Below the pieces are notes generated by a model. It searched no databases and was not told the origin of the DNA. It saw nothing but the letters and a program-made list of their open reading frames with translations. The position numbers and the translations under genes were made by a program. Below are positions 30,406 to 41,070 of a stretch of 64,000 nucleotides of DNA, one piece after another (within the stretch, counting starts at the first letter, position 1; each line of letters starts with the position of its first letter). This stretch comes from Candidatus Bathyarchaeota archaeon (lineage in GTDB: Archaea > Thermoproteota > Bathyarchaeia > 40CM-2-53-6), in contig CAVSBL010000002.1 of the NCBI GenBank assembly GCA_963726255.1, positions 448,001-512,000 on the forward strand, read 5' to 3'.

Positions 30406-30723
30406 ATGATTCTTAAGCGACGACGCTCATCTAAATCCAGACTTAGGTTGCCGATCTCTAGGAACGAATTTGAGAAACTAAAGGCATTTGGTCCAACTTT
30501 AGAAGAAGAAGTCCTCGACTTCCTCAGCAAGAATCGTCAATCGGCCTACACTTCTATTGAGATTGTTCAAAAGCTTTTTGCGACAGCCGTGGTTAAACCA
30601 ATAAATGACCCTACTGTAGAACGAGTAAATGTAGCATTAGAGAGTTTGCTAACAAGAAAAGCGATTGTGGGCAAAGAGCGAGTGACATCTACTGGCTCGG
30701 AATATTATTTCACGACACCATAA
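30406..30723 (+). CDS. Small winged-helix-like protein
   Basis: VLDFLSKNRQSAYTSIEI..ALESLL..YYF. Confidence 0.55.
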   Translation: MILKRRRSSKSRLRLPISRNEFEKLKAFGPTLEEEVLDFLSKNRQSAYTSIEIVQKLFATAVVKPINDPTVERVNVALESLLTRKAIVGKERVTSTGSEYYFTTP

Positions 30724-30896
30724 AAGCAACAAGATAGAGACACCAAACGGTTTGCGCCTTCCGGTACCAAACGACAACGACCAACGCTCTGAGTTGGCTT
30801 GCGGCATCGAAATCAAAGGCCGAAACAAGTGGCTAACAATCATCCAAAACGCAAGTCAAAAGTAGCTCACGCGACCGACTATATATCTGACTGAAG

Positions 30897-31139
30897 GTGC
30901 CGATAGATGCGAATGAGGCAGACCGCTCGCGTGTCGAAGGGATGATTCGGACGTATCTACATTCCAAAGTCTCAATCGCACAAGTAAGAGGGGCAGTCAG
31001 TTCCTCTTCTTTTAGACGAGGGGGACTTAGAGCTGTCCTTGACGAAGTGGAGGTAAGTACTTCAGCGCTATCTGAGGATGACAGGGGTAAGCTTATGGCG
31101 GTTTTGAAGGACGAGCTTCAAAAGTCGGGTTTTCTCTAG
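30897..31139 (+). CDS. Hypothetical protein
   Basis: 80-aa ORF. Confidence 0.4.
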   Translation: MPIDANEADRSRVEGMIRTYLHSKVSIAQVRGAVSSSSFRRGGLRAVLDEVEVSTSALSEDDRGKLMAVLKDELQKSGFL

Positions 31140-31833
31140 AGCTATCAAACGAACGGTAAACAATGAGATCGGAACCTTCGAGAAATGTCGTGCATGTTAC
31201 GGGTTAGGTAAGATTCTGCGTCAGCCATAGCGTTCCCGTTTCTGAGAATCAAAGCATTTTGGGAGACCTGTTTTCTTTTGTTGCGCGAGTGCGCCTTGTC
31301 ACGTAGGAGAATGCGCCGCTGCTCGTTCGAAGCGACCGCAAATGGCTAGGCCTCCTGAGTCACATGAATCGAACCTTTAAGGATGCTAGGCATGTGAAGC
31401 CTGATGAGGCGGGAGCGGCGAACCTGCGCTTTCTGAATGAGATGTACGAGGCCATGGCCAAGGCTGAGAACGAGCCTTGACCTCATTCCCTCTTTTCGTC
31501 TCAGTGTCCCGTAATCAGGGACTTGGGGATCGTCCTACAGTCCCATGTTTTCCTAGTGGGGGACCTCTCTGTCCCTCTTTTTGGAAATGGACACACCAGG
31601 CGCTTGAATAACATGAGGGAATACATCAAAGTCCCAGGTTGCTCCGCCTCGAAGTTGACCATTGAACATGGCCATCTGAAAACGGAGGACAATGAGTTCT
31701 GCCTCGCAATCGGTGAATGGCTCAAAGACTCAATCAAACCAAAGGCGGAAGGCAGCAAAGAGTAGAGAGCGAGGTTCTACGGAAAGGAGCCCACGCCTGG
31801 CAGAAAGGAAAAGTGGTGCTCGCTAGACAATGA

Positions 31834-32220
31834 GTGTTAGGAAGCGGCGGATCACAGCTTCAGCGATTCTTGTTGAGTCAGAAGTTCTTGACGTACGTGA
31901 AGGATGCGAGCGTCGCCGAGCTCATTCAATCGTTAGCTACTGAAGCGAAGAAACACCAATGCACAGTGTTGCAACCTTATGTAAATCCAAACATATTCCG
32001 AATTCCAACCTTGGGAAGTAGAGACCCATTAGTGTCAGCCTACGGTTGGAATGTAGAATTGGGGTTTGTTTGTCCACAGGGGTCAGATTGCATAGGATTC
32101 ACGAAGTACGTCACTCAAGAATTTGAAAAGGCATATGCGGCGAAGCAAGTTGGTGATGTTCGGTTTTTTAACCCAACTGAGAAAAGCCTTCAGATCTCAT
32201 GTCTTTGGATCGATCAGTAG
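31834..32220 (+). CDS. Hypothetical protein
   Basis: 128-aa ORF. Confidence 0.45.
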   Translation: MLGSGGSQLQRFLLSQKFLTYVKDASVAELIQSLATEAKKHQCTVLQPYVNPNIFRIPTLGSRDPLVSAYGWNVELGFVCPQGSDCIGFTKYVTQEFEKAYAAKQVGDVRFFNPTEKSLQISCLWIDQ

Positions 32221-32478
32221 GGATTTCATTAAGGGATGCGGCTGGCGTTTTGGATAATTTGATCTTCTCGATCCTTTTCTATCGCAAAGAGGGCAACCCG
32301 CAACCTTGCTCTTCAGCTCGTAACGGTACCTTTTCGTTGAATAACTCAAATTATGAATCGAGCAATATCGATAGGTTCTTTCCACCCAGTAGACCGCATC
32401 CTTGAAAATCCGTTTAACCTCCCCGTTCCCTTCCACTCGTGCTGCCTCTGACTTTCTCAAATTAATCACCTTGACCAC
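32197..32478 (-). CDS. Hypothetical Zn-binding protein
   Basis: CSIH..CPLC. Confidence 0.4.
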   Translation of the reverse strand: MVKVINLRKSEAARVEGNGEVKRIFKDAVYWVERTYRYCSIHNLSYSTKRYRYELKSKVAGCPLCDRKGSRRSNYPKRQPHPLMKSLLIDPKT

Positions 32479-32693
32479 TCGCTAAGAAACGCTCCAGGGC
32501 TGTGCAGTACGTGGCTCATTTGTGATGTTTGCGCTTTGCGTTTTCGTGTTTGAGCTTGTGCGTAGTTAGATCGTGGAAGTGAACGGTTCTTTTGCATACT
32601 GGACAAGTTATTTTGGACATATCTTGTCAAAGGATGACTAAGTATTTACGGACTTCATTTTGGATGATTGTTAGCCATCTGTCTTTCTTTGCC

Positions 32694-32790
32694 TCAAATC
32701 TGAATCACTGCGGCTTCTGCTGGCGTTTGTCCTTCTAGTGCCATGTGCGGTCTTACGTAATCAAGCGTGAAGTAAATTCTACCTTCTTGA
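32694..32790 (-). mobile_element. C-terminal remnant of a DDE (IS6-like) transposase
   Basis: YVRPHMALEGQTPAEAA motif only. Confidence 0.55.
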
Positions 32791-33044
32791 ATGAAGTAAT
32801 CGTTCACAGCCGAGTGCAACGGACGATTTCTCCGAAGATCAGCTCTGAAATCATAGATGCCCCAGATTTTCTCCATCACAGCCACAATGAGACGATGTTC
32901 TGATTGGAATTCAAGGTGTATGTTCCTTTTGTTTCTCTCCGCAGCTACATGATGCAACGGAGCGTTGTAACCATTGTGAGTCTTGAGGGCGTAAGGATGG
33001 ACATGGTCATGACAATGATACGTTAAGTAGCTCGGTCCATAACG

Positions 33045-33236
33045 GTGGCGCGTGAACACCTCATGGCGAACAAAGCAGACCCACAAAGTAACTGCGGAGA
33101 ATGTGGTAAAGACTTAGTCGATAGGCCCGTCCATAACTGGGGCACATGTGAAGCATGCGGAGTTATGTTCTGTAAGAACTGCCTTCAAGTATTCCACAAC
33201 TTGAATTGTGAGAGTATACGAATAACGCCACACTAA
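33045..33236 (+). CDS. Small Cys-rich zinc-finger protein
   Basis: CGECG..CEACG..CKNC..H..C. Confidence 0.5.
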   Translation: MAREHLMANKADPQSNCGECGKDLVDRPVHNWGTCEACGVMFCKNCLQVFHNLNCESIRITPH

Positions 33237-33353
33237 CCGTGCTGGTACATCGCCGTCGGAGCACTCACATGCATGTCAAACTTATCCTAGGAAGACTTAG
33301 CTTTGATGTGATCACACCGCCGTCATTCAACGTTCTTAATGGTAAGCAAATGA

Positions 33354-33701
33354 ATGAACACTGTTCTTCCGTATGGTTACGAGGTCACTGTGCCATATGT
33401 AAGGAAGAGGCTCTCGATGAGTTCAACGAAGTCTAAGGTCATGGAACGATTCCGATCTTCTCCTGATCTTCTGGTGATTGATGAGGAAAAGGAAGAGCTA
33501 AGCTTAGTTGAGGTGAAGTGGAGAAACTGGAGTCAGCCATACATTGATGCCCAATATCTGGCGCTATCACGATACAAGGAGGCAATGCAATCGTATGGGT
33601 CTTCTCGATCTGGTGATGCTACGCTAACGAGACGTGCCGCTAGTGTCACAGGGGAAAGTCAACCCCTTTATAGCAAGCTGAGGATGCGGAATCGGTGGTG
33701 A
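33354..33701 (+). pseudogene. PD-(D/E)xK nuclease-like fragment
   Basis: SSPDLLVIDEE..LVEVKWR. Confidence 0.45.
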
Positions 33702-33808
33702 ACTTGGTTAATTGTGCGAAGTGTGGAAAGGCGATCGAAGCTGGCAAGGAAGTAAAGAAAGGCTGGATAAGTAAGAAGCAGTATCACGCTGAATGCGCCC
33801 CAAAGTAG
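33698..33808 (+). CDS. 36-aa zinc-finger microprotein just upstream of cdc48
   Basis: CAKCGKAI..YHAEC. Confidence 0.55.
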   Translation: MNLVNCAKCGKAIEAGKEVKKGWISKKQYHAECAPK

Positions 33809-33812
33809 CCCA

Positions 33813-35993
33813 ATGAGTAGTATAGAAATCTCTTTGAAAGTTGCTGACGCCAGGCAGCGAGATGTTGGGCGCGGCAAAGTCTGCGTTGACAACGACACGA
33901 TGCAGAAGCTCGGAATCACTGCGGGACATTTTGTTGAAATTCATGGGAAAAAGATGACTGTAGCTGCTGCATGGCCCGCGTACGCTGAAGATCAGGGACA
34001 AGAAATTGTAAGGATGGACGGCCTTATTCGAAGGAATGCTGGTGTTGCTCTAAACGAGTACGTCAATGTTAGAAAGGCAGACGTGAAAGAGGCTCAAGCG
34101 ATCGTGTTCGCGCCAACAGACGTACGTCTGAGTGTGGACGAGGAGTTTGTGAGTTTCGTGAAAAGACGTTTGATGGACATGCCGTTTATTGAAGGAGACA
34201 TGACCCTTCTTTCGATCTTCGGAAGCGCGGTTCCATTGATAGTTGCGAGAACACGTCCGCGTGGCCCAGTGAAGATTACGGAGACAGCCCAAGTCCAAGT
34301 ATTAAGCGAGCCGACGCCCGAGAAGAAAGGGATCCCGATAGTAACATACGAAGACATAGGCGGTCTACACGAAGAGATGCAAAGAATTCGTGAGATGGTA
34401 GAACTGCCTCTCAGACATCCGGAACTCTTCCAGCGACTTGGTATCGAGCCACCTAGAGGAGTATTCCTGTATGGACCTCCAGGTTGCGGGAAGACACTTC
34501 TCGCAAAAGCTCTGGCTAACGAGTCTGACGCAAACTTCTACGTGATCTCCGGACCGGAGATAATGTCAAAGTTCTATGGGGAATCAGAAGCGAGATTACG
34601 GGAGATATTCCAAAAAGCACAGGAGACATCGCCCAGCATAATCTTCATTGACGAAATGGATGCGATCGCACCAAAACGTGAAGAAGTAACGGGCGAAGTA
34701 GAACGTCGAGTCGTCGCACAACTCCTGTCTTTGATGGATGGAATGGGAGCTCGCGGCAACATAATAGTAATCGGTGCAACCAACCGGCCGAACGCAATCG
34801 ACCCAGCACTACGTCGACCCGGGAGATTCGACCGCGAAATCGAGATTGGAGTTCCAGACAAAGCGGGAAGATATGAAGCACTCCAGATTCATACGAGGAA
34901 TATGCCCCTGAGTGAAGACGTGGATCTGAAGCGACTTGCAGACGTGACACATGGATACACTGGAGCCGACATTGCCTCGCTATGTCGAGAAGCAGCAATG
35001 AAGGCGCTCCGACGGTACATACCAGAAACCAACCTGGAGAAGGAACGCATTGCGCCCGAAATCCTCGAAAAAATGGTTGTCAAGATGGAAGACTTCACGT
35101 CAGCATACCGAGAAATCACACCTACAGCAATGCGCGAAGTCTATGTCGAAATCCCACAAGTGAAATGGGATCAGGTCGGTGGTTTGAAGCAAGTCAAACA
35201 GGAACTCATGGAATCTGTTGAATGGCCGCTTAAGAAGCCTGAAGTATTCAAGAGAATGGGAATCAATCCGCCGCGTGGAATCCTGCTCTACGGACCACCT
35301 GGTTCCGGTAAGACGCTGCTAGCACGAGCGGTAGCAACAGAAAGCGAGGCCAATTTCATTTCAATAAAAGGCCCAGAAATATTCTCCAAGTGGGTTGGAG
35401 AGTCAGAGAAGGCTATCCGCGAAGTCTTTCGAAAAGGAAGAACCGCAGCTCCTGCAATAATATTCTTCGATGAATTGGATGCCATAGTGCCGAGACGCGG
35501 GTTGGGATACGCTGATTCTGGAGCCAGCGAACGAGTGGTAAGTCAGCTCCTGACTGAAATCGACGGCATAGAAACATTGCAGAACGTTCTCGTAATCGCA
35601 GCCACCAATCGGCCGGACATGCTAGATCCAGCAGTGATGAGACCAGGAAGATTCGATAGACTAATCTACGTTCCCTCCCCAGACTTCGACTCACTCAAAG
35701 AGATCTTCAAAATTCACGCAAGCTCAATGCCCCTCTCTAAAGACGTGTCATTGGACGAACTCGCAAGGAAATCACGAGGCTATTCAGGCGCAGACATCGA
35801 AGCAATCTGCAGAGAAACGGCCATGAACGCTTTACGAGAAGACATAGATGCCACAGAAGTCTCAAGCCGAGATTTCGATGAAGCAATGGAACGAGTTGGT
35901 CCTAGCATAGCCCCCGAAGACGACGCATGGTACCAGAAATTCTCTAAGAGACTCAGAAGAGAAAGAGCCGCAGCACGTACGCCGGTAGCCTAG
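33813..35993 (+). CDS. cdc48: Cdc48/VAT AAA+ ATPase
   Basis: N-domain DVGRG; two AAA modules GPPGCGKT and GPPGSGKT; RPGRFDR. Confidence 0.97.
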   Translation: MSSIEISLKVADARQRDVGRGKVCVDNDTMQKLGITAGHFVEIHGKKMTVAAAWPAYAEDQGQEIVRMDGLIRRNAGVALNEYVNVRKADVKEAQAIVFAPTDVRLSVDEEFVSFVKRRLMDMPFIEGDMTLLSIFGSAVPLIVARTRPRGPVKITETAQVQVLSEPTPEKKGIPIVTYEDIGGLHEEMQRIREMVELPLRHPELFQRLGIEPPRGVFLYGPPGCGKTLLAKALANESDANFYVISGPEIMSKFYGESEARLREIFQKAQETSPSIIFIDEMDAIAPKREEVTGEVERRVVAQLLSLMDGMGARGNIIVIGATNRPNAIDPALRRPGRFDREIEIGVPDKAGRYEALQIHTRNMPLSEDVDLKRLADVTHGYTGADIASLCREAAMKALRRYIPETNLEKERIAPEILEKMVVKMEDFTSAYREITPTAMREVYVEIPQVKWDQVGGLKQVKQELMESVEWPLKKPEVFKRMGINPPRGILLYGPPGSGKTLLARAVATESEANFISIKGPEIFSKWVGESEKAIREVFRKGRTAAPAIIFFDELDAIVPRRGLGYADSGASERVVSQLLTEIDGIETLQNVLVIAATNRPDMLDPAVMRPGRFDRLIYVPSPDFDSLKEIFKIHASSMPLSKDVSLDELARKSRGYSGADIEAICRETAMNALREDIDATEVSSRDFDEAMERVGPSIAPEDDAWYQKFSKRLRRERAAARTPVA

Positions 35994-36013
35994 GCCAAAT
36001 GACCGCTTCGTGG

Positions 36014-36329
36014 CGGTCGGAAGTGTTAAACATGCAATGGCGACATTAGATCTACGCGTGATTTCTGTGCCGAAGAAGAAGAAACCAAAGAAGAAAAAGT
36101 AACCAAAGAACTAAGGATTTCCTTTGCGGCGACGAGCGGGTCGAGTAGGTAAGTTCCGCGAAGCTCTTCCACTGAAACCCTACTGCCCCTAGGAACCTAC
36201 CTATGTTTATTATGTGATGAGTGCCGCATTCGCGGGTGCGGCGCCCTTCGGTCTTACCTCAAGTATTTCATGCGGAGTCATCAACTTCGTCCGAAAATTG
36301 GATGTGGAGACGAAGAGACGACTCAGATC
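36014..36329 (+). repeat. About 230-bp repeat, copy 2 (micro-ORF 36067-36102), followed by only the 3' tail of the YkgJ gene
   Basis: Matches 27172-27404 and 27846-27910. Confidence 0.85.
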
Positions 36330-36497
36330 AGGGAACGCTGAACGTCGAGGCATCTGACGTCCTTTCGCCGGTGTTCCGTGACCGACTCTGTATGGCGAAC
36401 ATTTGGTCTTGGCTTGGGTCGAAAGCAGTTGCCCCCGATGGTGAGGCACGTTAAAATGGAGAGTCGGGCTGTCACCTTGTAGGATAGGCAGTGTGGA

Positions 36498-36800
36498 TTG
36501 GGAAAGAGAAAGGTCCTTTCAGAAGGGGACATTAATCAACTCGTTCTTCCAGGAACGGGCCAGCTACTTGGGATTGTAACCCAAATGTTCGGGTACGATC
36601 GGATAATGGTGAAGTGTTCAGACGGAGCCGACCGAGTCTGTCGGATACGAGGCAAGATGAAGAGGCGGACCTGGATCAAGAATGGCGACGTGGTCTTGGT
36701 TGCCCCCTGGGATTTCCAAACCAGTCGCGCGGACGTACTCTGGCGTTACACACAGAACCAAGCGCAGGCACTTCACAGCAAGGGCATCCTAACGATGTAA
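36498..36800 (+). CDS. eif1a: Translation initiation factor aIF-1A
   Basis: CSDGADRVCRIRGKMKRRTWIKNGDVVLVAPWDFQ. Confidence 0.95.
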   Translation: MGKRKVLSEGDINQLVLPGTGQLLGIVTQMFGYDRIMVKCSDGADRVCRIRGKMKRRTWIKNGDVVLVAPWDFQTSRADVLWRYTQNQAQALHSKGILTM

Positions 36801-36870
36801 TCCCATAGTGCAGGCCTGCATTGCGAAACGAGATGCAATTGAGCGTCTTTCACGTAATCCAGATGATTAA

Positions 36871-37179
36871 TTGTTGCAGGGACACAGGTGCAAGCGATCG
36901 GGGGACTGCTGTGTCATTCATTGGGGATCCTTTGAGGCAACCCACGAGGACATAGTGCGTTGGAAAAGGCAGGGACGAGAAGACATCTTGAAGCACATAG
37001 CGCTTGATTCGACTGACCCTCACAATCGACACGCAGTTTTCGTTACGAAGAGTTGCCCCTTTCTGAAAAGAGAGGAAACAGGCCTATACTCGTGCGCGAT
37101 CCATGAGACAAAACCGTTCTACTGCAGGATCTACCCAGACGACGGCATGTGTGAACACGAGGAAAGCGTAGAAGACTAA
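36871..37179 (+). CDS. YkgJ-family cysteine-cluster protein
   Basis: CKRSGDCC..CPFL..CAIHETKPFYCRIYP. Confidence 0.75.
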   Translation: MLQGHRCKRSGDCCVIHWGSFEATHEDIVRWKRQGREDILKHIALDSTDPHNRHAVFVTKSCPFLKREETGLYSCAIHETKPFYCRIYPDDGMCEHEESVED

Positions 37180-37630
37180 GCCCTGACAACGGGTCCGAAT
37201 TGCGAAACCACATGCCCTCGCCGCTGGAATGCCCACTCGAGGGCGTGCGGAGCATCCCTGCAATGTCTTGACGGCTGGGCGATGCTAAATACATCATGTG
37301 GTCGAAATCACCTAAACCTATGGCGCGGCCGAAAACATGGCTGGACACGCCCAAAGTATGGGCGGGAACCTGCGGCCCACCACCATTCTTGAGTGAGTCT
37401 TCATCGAAGTCGTAGACACAGAGACTCTGGAACCACTGATGGAAAGGCACTATTTGAAGCGGTTCAGAAAACGCTGACTTACCCAGAAAAAGAGATTCAC
37501 GAACTAATACAAAGCGGGATTCTCCGTAGAGACGGCGATGGCCTGAGCTTCACCTCGACTCCCCTAATTGAGGGAGGGGAATCGATAAGGTATTAGTGTA
37601 TGATTGAATTACTGATGGCGTTGTTTGACC

Positions 37631-37744
37631 ATGATGTCTAGGTTCGAAAAGGAAGGACACCGATTTGTGTGCGATAAGTGTGGTTTCGAAACGAACAGTT
37701 CAGAGATCTTCCCTTTACACAAGAAGAATTGTCCCAGAATTTAG
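37631..37744 (+). CDS. 37-aa C2HC zinc-finger microprotein
   Basis: FVCDKCGF..HKKNC. Confidence 0.5.
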   Translation: MMSRFEKEGHRFVCDKCGFETNSSEIFPLHKKNCPRI

Positions 37745-37750
37745 TTTCCT

Positions 37751-37783
37751 CTGCCCGCACCATATGACGCACGCACACGAAAA
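37751..37783 (+). repeat. Family-A site, inverted
   Basis: CTGCCCGCACCATATGACGCACGCACACGAAAA. Confidence 0.65.
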
Positions 37784-37935
37784 CGTTTGACAAGAAACTG
37801 AGATTTCCCGTCATTACCGGTGCTAGAATGTTCGCCTAGTATCTTCGGCGCTTCTGGTAGCACTCTCTACAGTAGACCGGTTTACCCGACGTTGGCACAA
37901 ACGGTACTTGCGTATTTGCGCCGCGCGGCGGTAAT

Positions 37936-38043
37936 GGTAACACGGTAGCAGATCTAGGATCAGGTCCTGGCTACTTCACAGCAGCGATGGCCGAAATCGT
38001 CGGACCCAAAGGAAAGGTCTATGCTGCCGACTCAGACGATAGG
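37936..38043 (+). pseudogene. Class I SAM methyltransferase fragment
   Basis: TVADLGSGPGYFT..VGPKGKVYAAD, cut off by a tRNA fragment. Confidence 0.7.
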
Positions 38044-38055
38044 TCCCACCATGTC

Positions 38056-38082
38056 GTGGGTTCAAATCCCACTGGCCCACCA
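38056..38082 (+). repeat. Family-B tRNA 3'-half remnant
   Basis: GTGGGTTCAAATCCCACTGGCCCACCA. Confidence 0.75.
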
Positions 38083-38106
38083 TCAACGAACCGCTGTCTC
38101 AATAAG

Positions 38107-38484
38107 CTAAGTTTGCAATTCAGCAACTTTGCGCTCGATTTCGTCTCTGATCTGTCTCACTTTCTCAATGGGTTTGCCTTTTGGATCTTCTAGGTTCCAG
38201 TCCACGAGTTTCTTCTGCATCTTGGCGATGATGGGCGCTGGGCATACTTCTTCGACTGAGCATCCCATTGTTACAACTAAGTCAGCTTCATTCACCATTT
38301 GCATGGAAAGGGTCTTTGTGCGGTTCGCTGAAATGTCGATTCCCCTGTCCTTCATAACGGCCGCAACAACGGGATTGATTGCAGTTGCGGGAAGAGTTCC
38401 TGCGCTCATGGCGGACATACCATGGCTTGCTGCAAAGGCTTCGGCCATCTGGCTTCGCCCAGCGTTCTCAACGCAAACGAACAA
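38107..38484 (-). CDS. arsC: ArsC / low-molecular-weight PTP family protein
   Basis: CVENAGRSQMAEAF, TMGC..CP, DWNLEDP; start uncertain. Confidence 0.8.
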   Translation of the reverse strand: MFVCVENAGRSQMAEAFAASHGMSAMSAGTLPATAINPVVAAVMKDRGIDISANRTKTLSMQMVNEADLVVTMGCSVEEVCPAPIIAKMQKKLVDWNLEDPKGKPIEKVRQIRDEIERKVAELQT

Positions 38485-38510
38485 TGTTTTCTTGTTTTTG
38501 ATGTCGGGTT

Positions 38511-39098
38511 TTATGTTTCCCTCGCCTCTGTGCTGCTTCCTTGCTCTGAGGTCTTCTCGTATCTGTGGGCGATGATCTCTGCCATTATGCTGAGGGCTAT
38601 TTCGGCAGGTGTTCGGGCCCCTATGTCCAGACCTATGGGCGCGTTGACTCTTGCTAGCAGCTCGTTTGATACGCCCTGTTGCTTCAGGTGAGAGAAGGTC
38701 GCCGCGACCTTATCTTTGCTTCCAATCATGCCAATGTATCCGGGAAGCTTGTTCTTGGAAAGGCATTCCTTCAAGACACCTTCGTCATGTTGATGCCCAC
38801 GTGTGATGATGACAACGCAGTCATCTGGAAGAAAGTCTGTAGTCTTAATTACTTCCGCGAAATCTCCCAACTTCACTGCATCAGCTAGCGGAAAGCGCTT
38901 CGTATTGGCGAATTCTTCTCGGTCGTCAACAACAACCACAGCAAACTCAAGGGCTTTAGCGAACTCGACTAGAGGAACGGCAATGTGGCCTCCGCCGAAG
39001 ACGTACACCGTGGAGGTGCAAACAATGGGTTCCACGAAGACCTTCAGCTTGCCACCGCAAAGTACTCCAAGGCACTTTGACCCACCCACTTCAGTCAT
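38511..39098 (-). CDS. XdhC-family protein (C-terminal Rossmann domain only)
   Basis: CGG, FGGGHIA, TRGHQHD, YIGMIGS, APIGLDIGARTPAEIALSI. Confidence 0.85.
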   Translation of the reverse strand: MTEVGGSKCLGVLCGGKLKVFVEPIVCTSTVYVFGGGHIAVPLVEFAKALEFAVVVVDDREEFANTKRFPLADAVKLGDFAEVIKTTDFLPDDCVVIITRGHQHDEGVLKECLSKNKLPGYIGMIGSKDKVAATFSHLKQQGVSNELLARVNAPIGLDIGARTPAEIALSIMAEIIAHRYEKTSEQGSSTEARET

Positions 39099-39520
39099 GG
39101 TTCACTCTCAATGGTTGGTTCGATTAGGACTGGTGGCTTTATCGAGTTTGCAATCAAGCTGTACTTTCGAGCCCATTCCAGCGCCTTTCCCACTCGTCCC
39201 ACAGATTCTGCCTTCACCTTGATCTTGGGTCTGAGAATGGTCTGAGTGAACGTGGAAGTCCGATCTAGCAAGTCGACCACGTGACCTTCGGCTTCGCATT
39301 CGTACGAAACTAGGTGAATTCTCAAGCGTTCAGTAGCCCAGATGAACATCATGTGAAAGCACGTGTTCAAAGCGGAAACGTAGGCGTCTTCTGGGGTCAT
39401 GACACCAGGACGACCTTGAAGCGCTGGGGGTGCAGAGAACATCATCTTGGCGCCATTTCCGCAGGCCAGTTCGCCGTCATGGCCCCCGGCCCAGACAACC
39501 TTGGTCCTGTATACTGGCAA
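39095..39520 (-). CDS. OsmC/Ohr-like protein
   Basis: FSAPPALQG..TPED..ALNTCF; KYSLIANSI. Confidence 0.8.
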   Translation of the reverse strand: MPVYRTKVVWAGGHDGELACGNGAKMMFSAPPALQGRPGVMTPEDAYVSALNTCFHMMFIWATERLRIHLVSYECEAEGHVVDLLDRTSTFTQTILRPKIKVKAESVGRVGKALEWARKYSLIANSIKPPVLIEPTIESEP

Positions 39521-39524
39521 TCGC

Positions 39525-39944
39525 TTACACCCAGTGCCTCAGAACCTCATCGACTTCTTCCGCAATCCTGTCAGCAACTTTTCTGGTGGCTGTCATGGTT
39601 TCGTTGTCCAGCTTGCGTCGAGCGCTGAGTTTGGGGCATTGCCAATTCTTCGTCAAGTCAGTTACCACAATTGATGAGGCTGGTTTGCCACTATATTGTT
39701 CTGTGGCAATCTTTGCACACATCTTGTCGCATCCATCAACCGTAATGGTCGGATAGTCTCGTGCGAACTCTCGCTCTTCTCTCCCGCCGGCGAGAAATAA
39801 GGGAAGACAGATTGTTACGGTTTCATTCGGTCTAAGCTTTCCTAAGACCAGACGGGTGGCTACTCGTGAAATCGTCCCTTCAACGCATTCTTCGCCACTG
39901 CACGAGATGATACCAACCTTCTTCTCCGGTCTTTCCGTCATCAT
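39525..39944 (-). CDS. DGC-domain putative zinc-binding protein
   Basis: SCSG, ICL, TVDGCDKMCA. Confidence 0.85.
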   Translation of the reverse strand: MMTERPEKKVGIISCSGEECVEGTISRVATRLVLGKLRPNETVTICLPLFLAGGREEREFARDYPTITVDGCDKMCAKIATEQYSGKPASSIVVTDLTKNWQCPKLSARRKLDNETMTATRKVADRIAEEVDEVLRHWV

Positions 39945-40360
39945 TGCTCCCCCAGCAGCTCATCCACTTTGTTGGCTATTTTTTCAGCAAGCTTCAAAGC
40001 CATTTGCTGGCCGTCGTTATCGAGGAGGGTCACGGTTCTCGGCTTCAGGTGCCTATTCTCCTTGTAGGCATCGACTACTCGGAGGCTCCCGGCGAGGTTG
40101 CCGCCTGCGAGTTTGACGTTCTTCTCAGCGCACTGGAGTGGGCATCCGTCAATCGTTATGCATCTATTGTCGCGCACAAGCCGCAAAGATTCCTGATCCC
40201 CGCTCACAAGTAAGGCAAGACAGAGGGTCTGCGTGACGTCCTTGCGGAGGTTCTCAACGACCTCGTAGGTTGCATCTCTACTGATGCTACCAAACGCCTT
40301 GCCGATTCCACTGCAAGAGATAACGATGATCTTCTTGTGCTGTGGGCCAGTGGATTTCAT
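39941..40360 (-). CDS. DGC-domain putative zinc-binding protein
   Basis: SCSG, LCL, TIDGCPLQCA. Confidence 0.85.
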   Translation of the reverse strand: MKSTGPQHKKIIVISCSGIGKAFGSISRDATYEVVENLRKDVTQTLCLALLVSGDQESLRLVRDNRCITIDGCPLQCAEKNVKLAGGNLAGSLRVVDAYKENRHLKPRTVTLLDNDGQQMALKLAEKIANKVDELLGEQ

Positions 40361-40815
40361 CGTGACTCCAGCTTCTCGTGTTCCGTTTGGAGTTTCTGCA
40401 GCATCAACTTGTAGTAGTCATCGGCATTCAACAATGTCCTCTGATCATCGTTGAGGTTACTGGGTGAAATGGTAGCCAGCCAACCTTTCCCGTACGGGTC
40501 CGAATTAATCAGCTCAGGCTTAGCGGTGAGCTCATCATTCGTCTTATCGACTCTTCCCGACAAGGGGGAGAGCAAAGCAATAGTCGCCTTTGCGCTTTCC
40601 ACAGTTCCGAGTTCCTTGCCCTTCTCAACCCTTGACCCTGCCTTCGCGACTTCGATGAATGCCACGTCACCCGACGTCTTCTGGAGGTAATCACTGACTC
40701 CCACCTTGGCTTGCCCATTCTCGATGCTAACCCACAGGTCGTCGTTTGTATAGTAGAACCCTCTCCGCACTCGCAGCTCGAACTTGTCGTACGTGGTTCG
40801 GAGATATTCGCTCAA
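40357..40815 (-). CDS. gcvH: GcvH-like lipoyl-carrier protein
   Basis: VGVSDYLQ, VESAKA (lipoyl-Lys), PELINSDPYGKGW. Confidence 0.88.
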   Translation of the reverse strand: MSEYLRTTYDKFELRVRRGFYYTNDDLWVSIENGQAKVGVSDYLQKTSGDVAFIEVAKAGSRVEKGKELGTVESAKATIALLSPLSGRVDKTNDELTAKPELINSDPYGKGWLATISPSNLNDDQRTLLNADDYYKLMLQKLQTEHEKLESR

Positions 40816-41021
40816 CTCGAACCGCCTCTCGAAGATGACGCGGCTCTGAAGGGTTCACAGTCCATGCAATAATCCGTGTCTTTGTTTGTCCAGTAGACAT
40901 TCCCGCATCTGGGGCAAGTTGTCTTTCTGAGCCAATCTCTCTTTGGTGGGGGCGCTCTCATGATGTCGGAATACCTGGCACCACAGGCGCATCCTTTGGC
41001 AGTCTCATCGACCCGATCCAT
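40812..41021 (-). CDS. Small Cys-rich protein
   Basis: CACG..CPRCG..CMDC; overlaps the gcvH start. Confidence 0.65.
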   Translation of the reverse strand: MDRVDETAKGCACGARYSDIMRAPPPKRDWLRKTTCPRCGNVYWTNKDTDYCMDCEPFRAASSSRGGSS

Positions 41022-41070
41022 TTCTATTCCGACCTTCGGGGTAGCTCAGCCACCGGTATCAGCCAGTCAA

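Noticed and set aside
11577-38082. Family-B remnants as functional tRNA genes
   Set aside because: No cognate 5' acceptor strand, D-arm or anticodon arm, even allowing for introns
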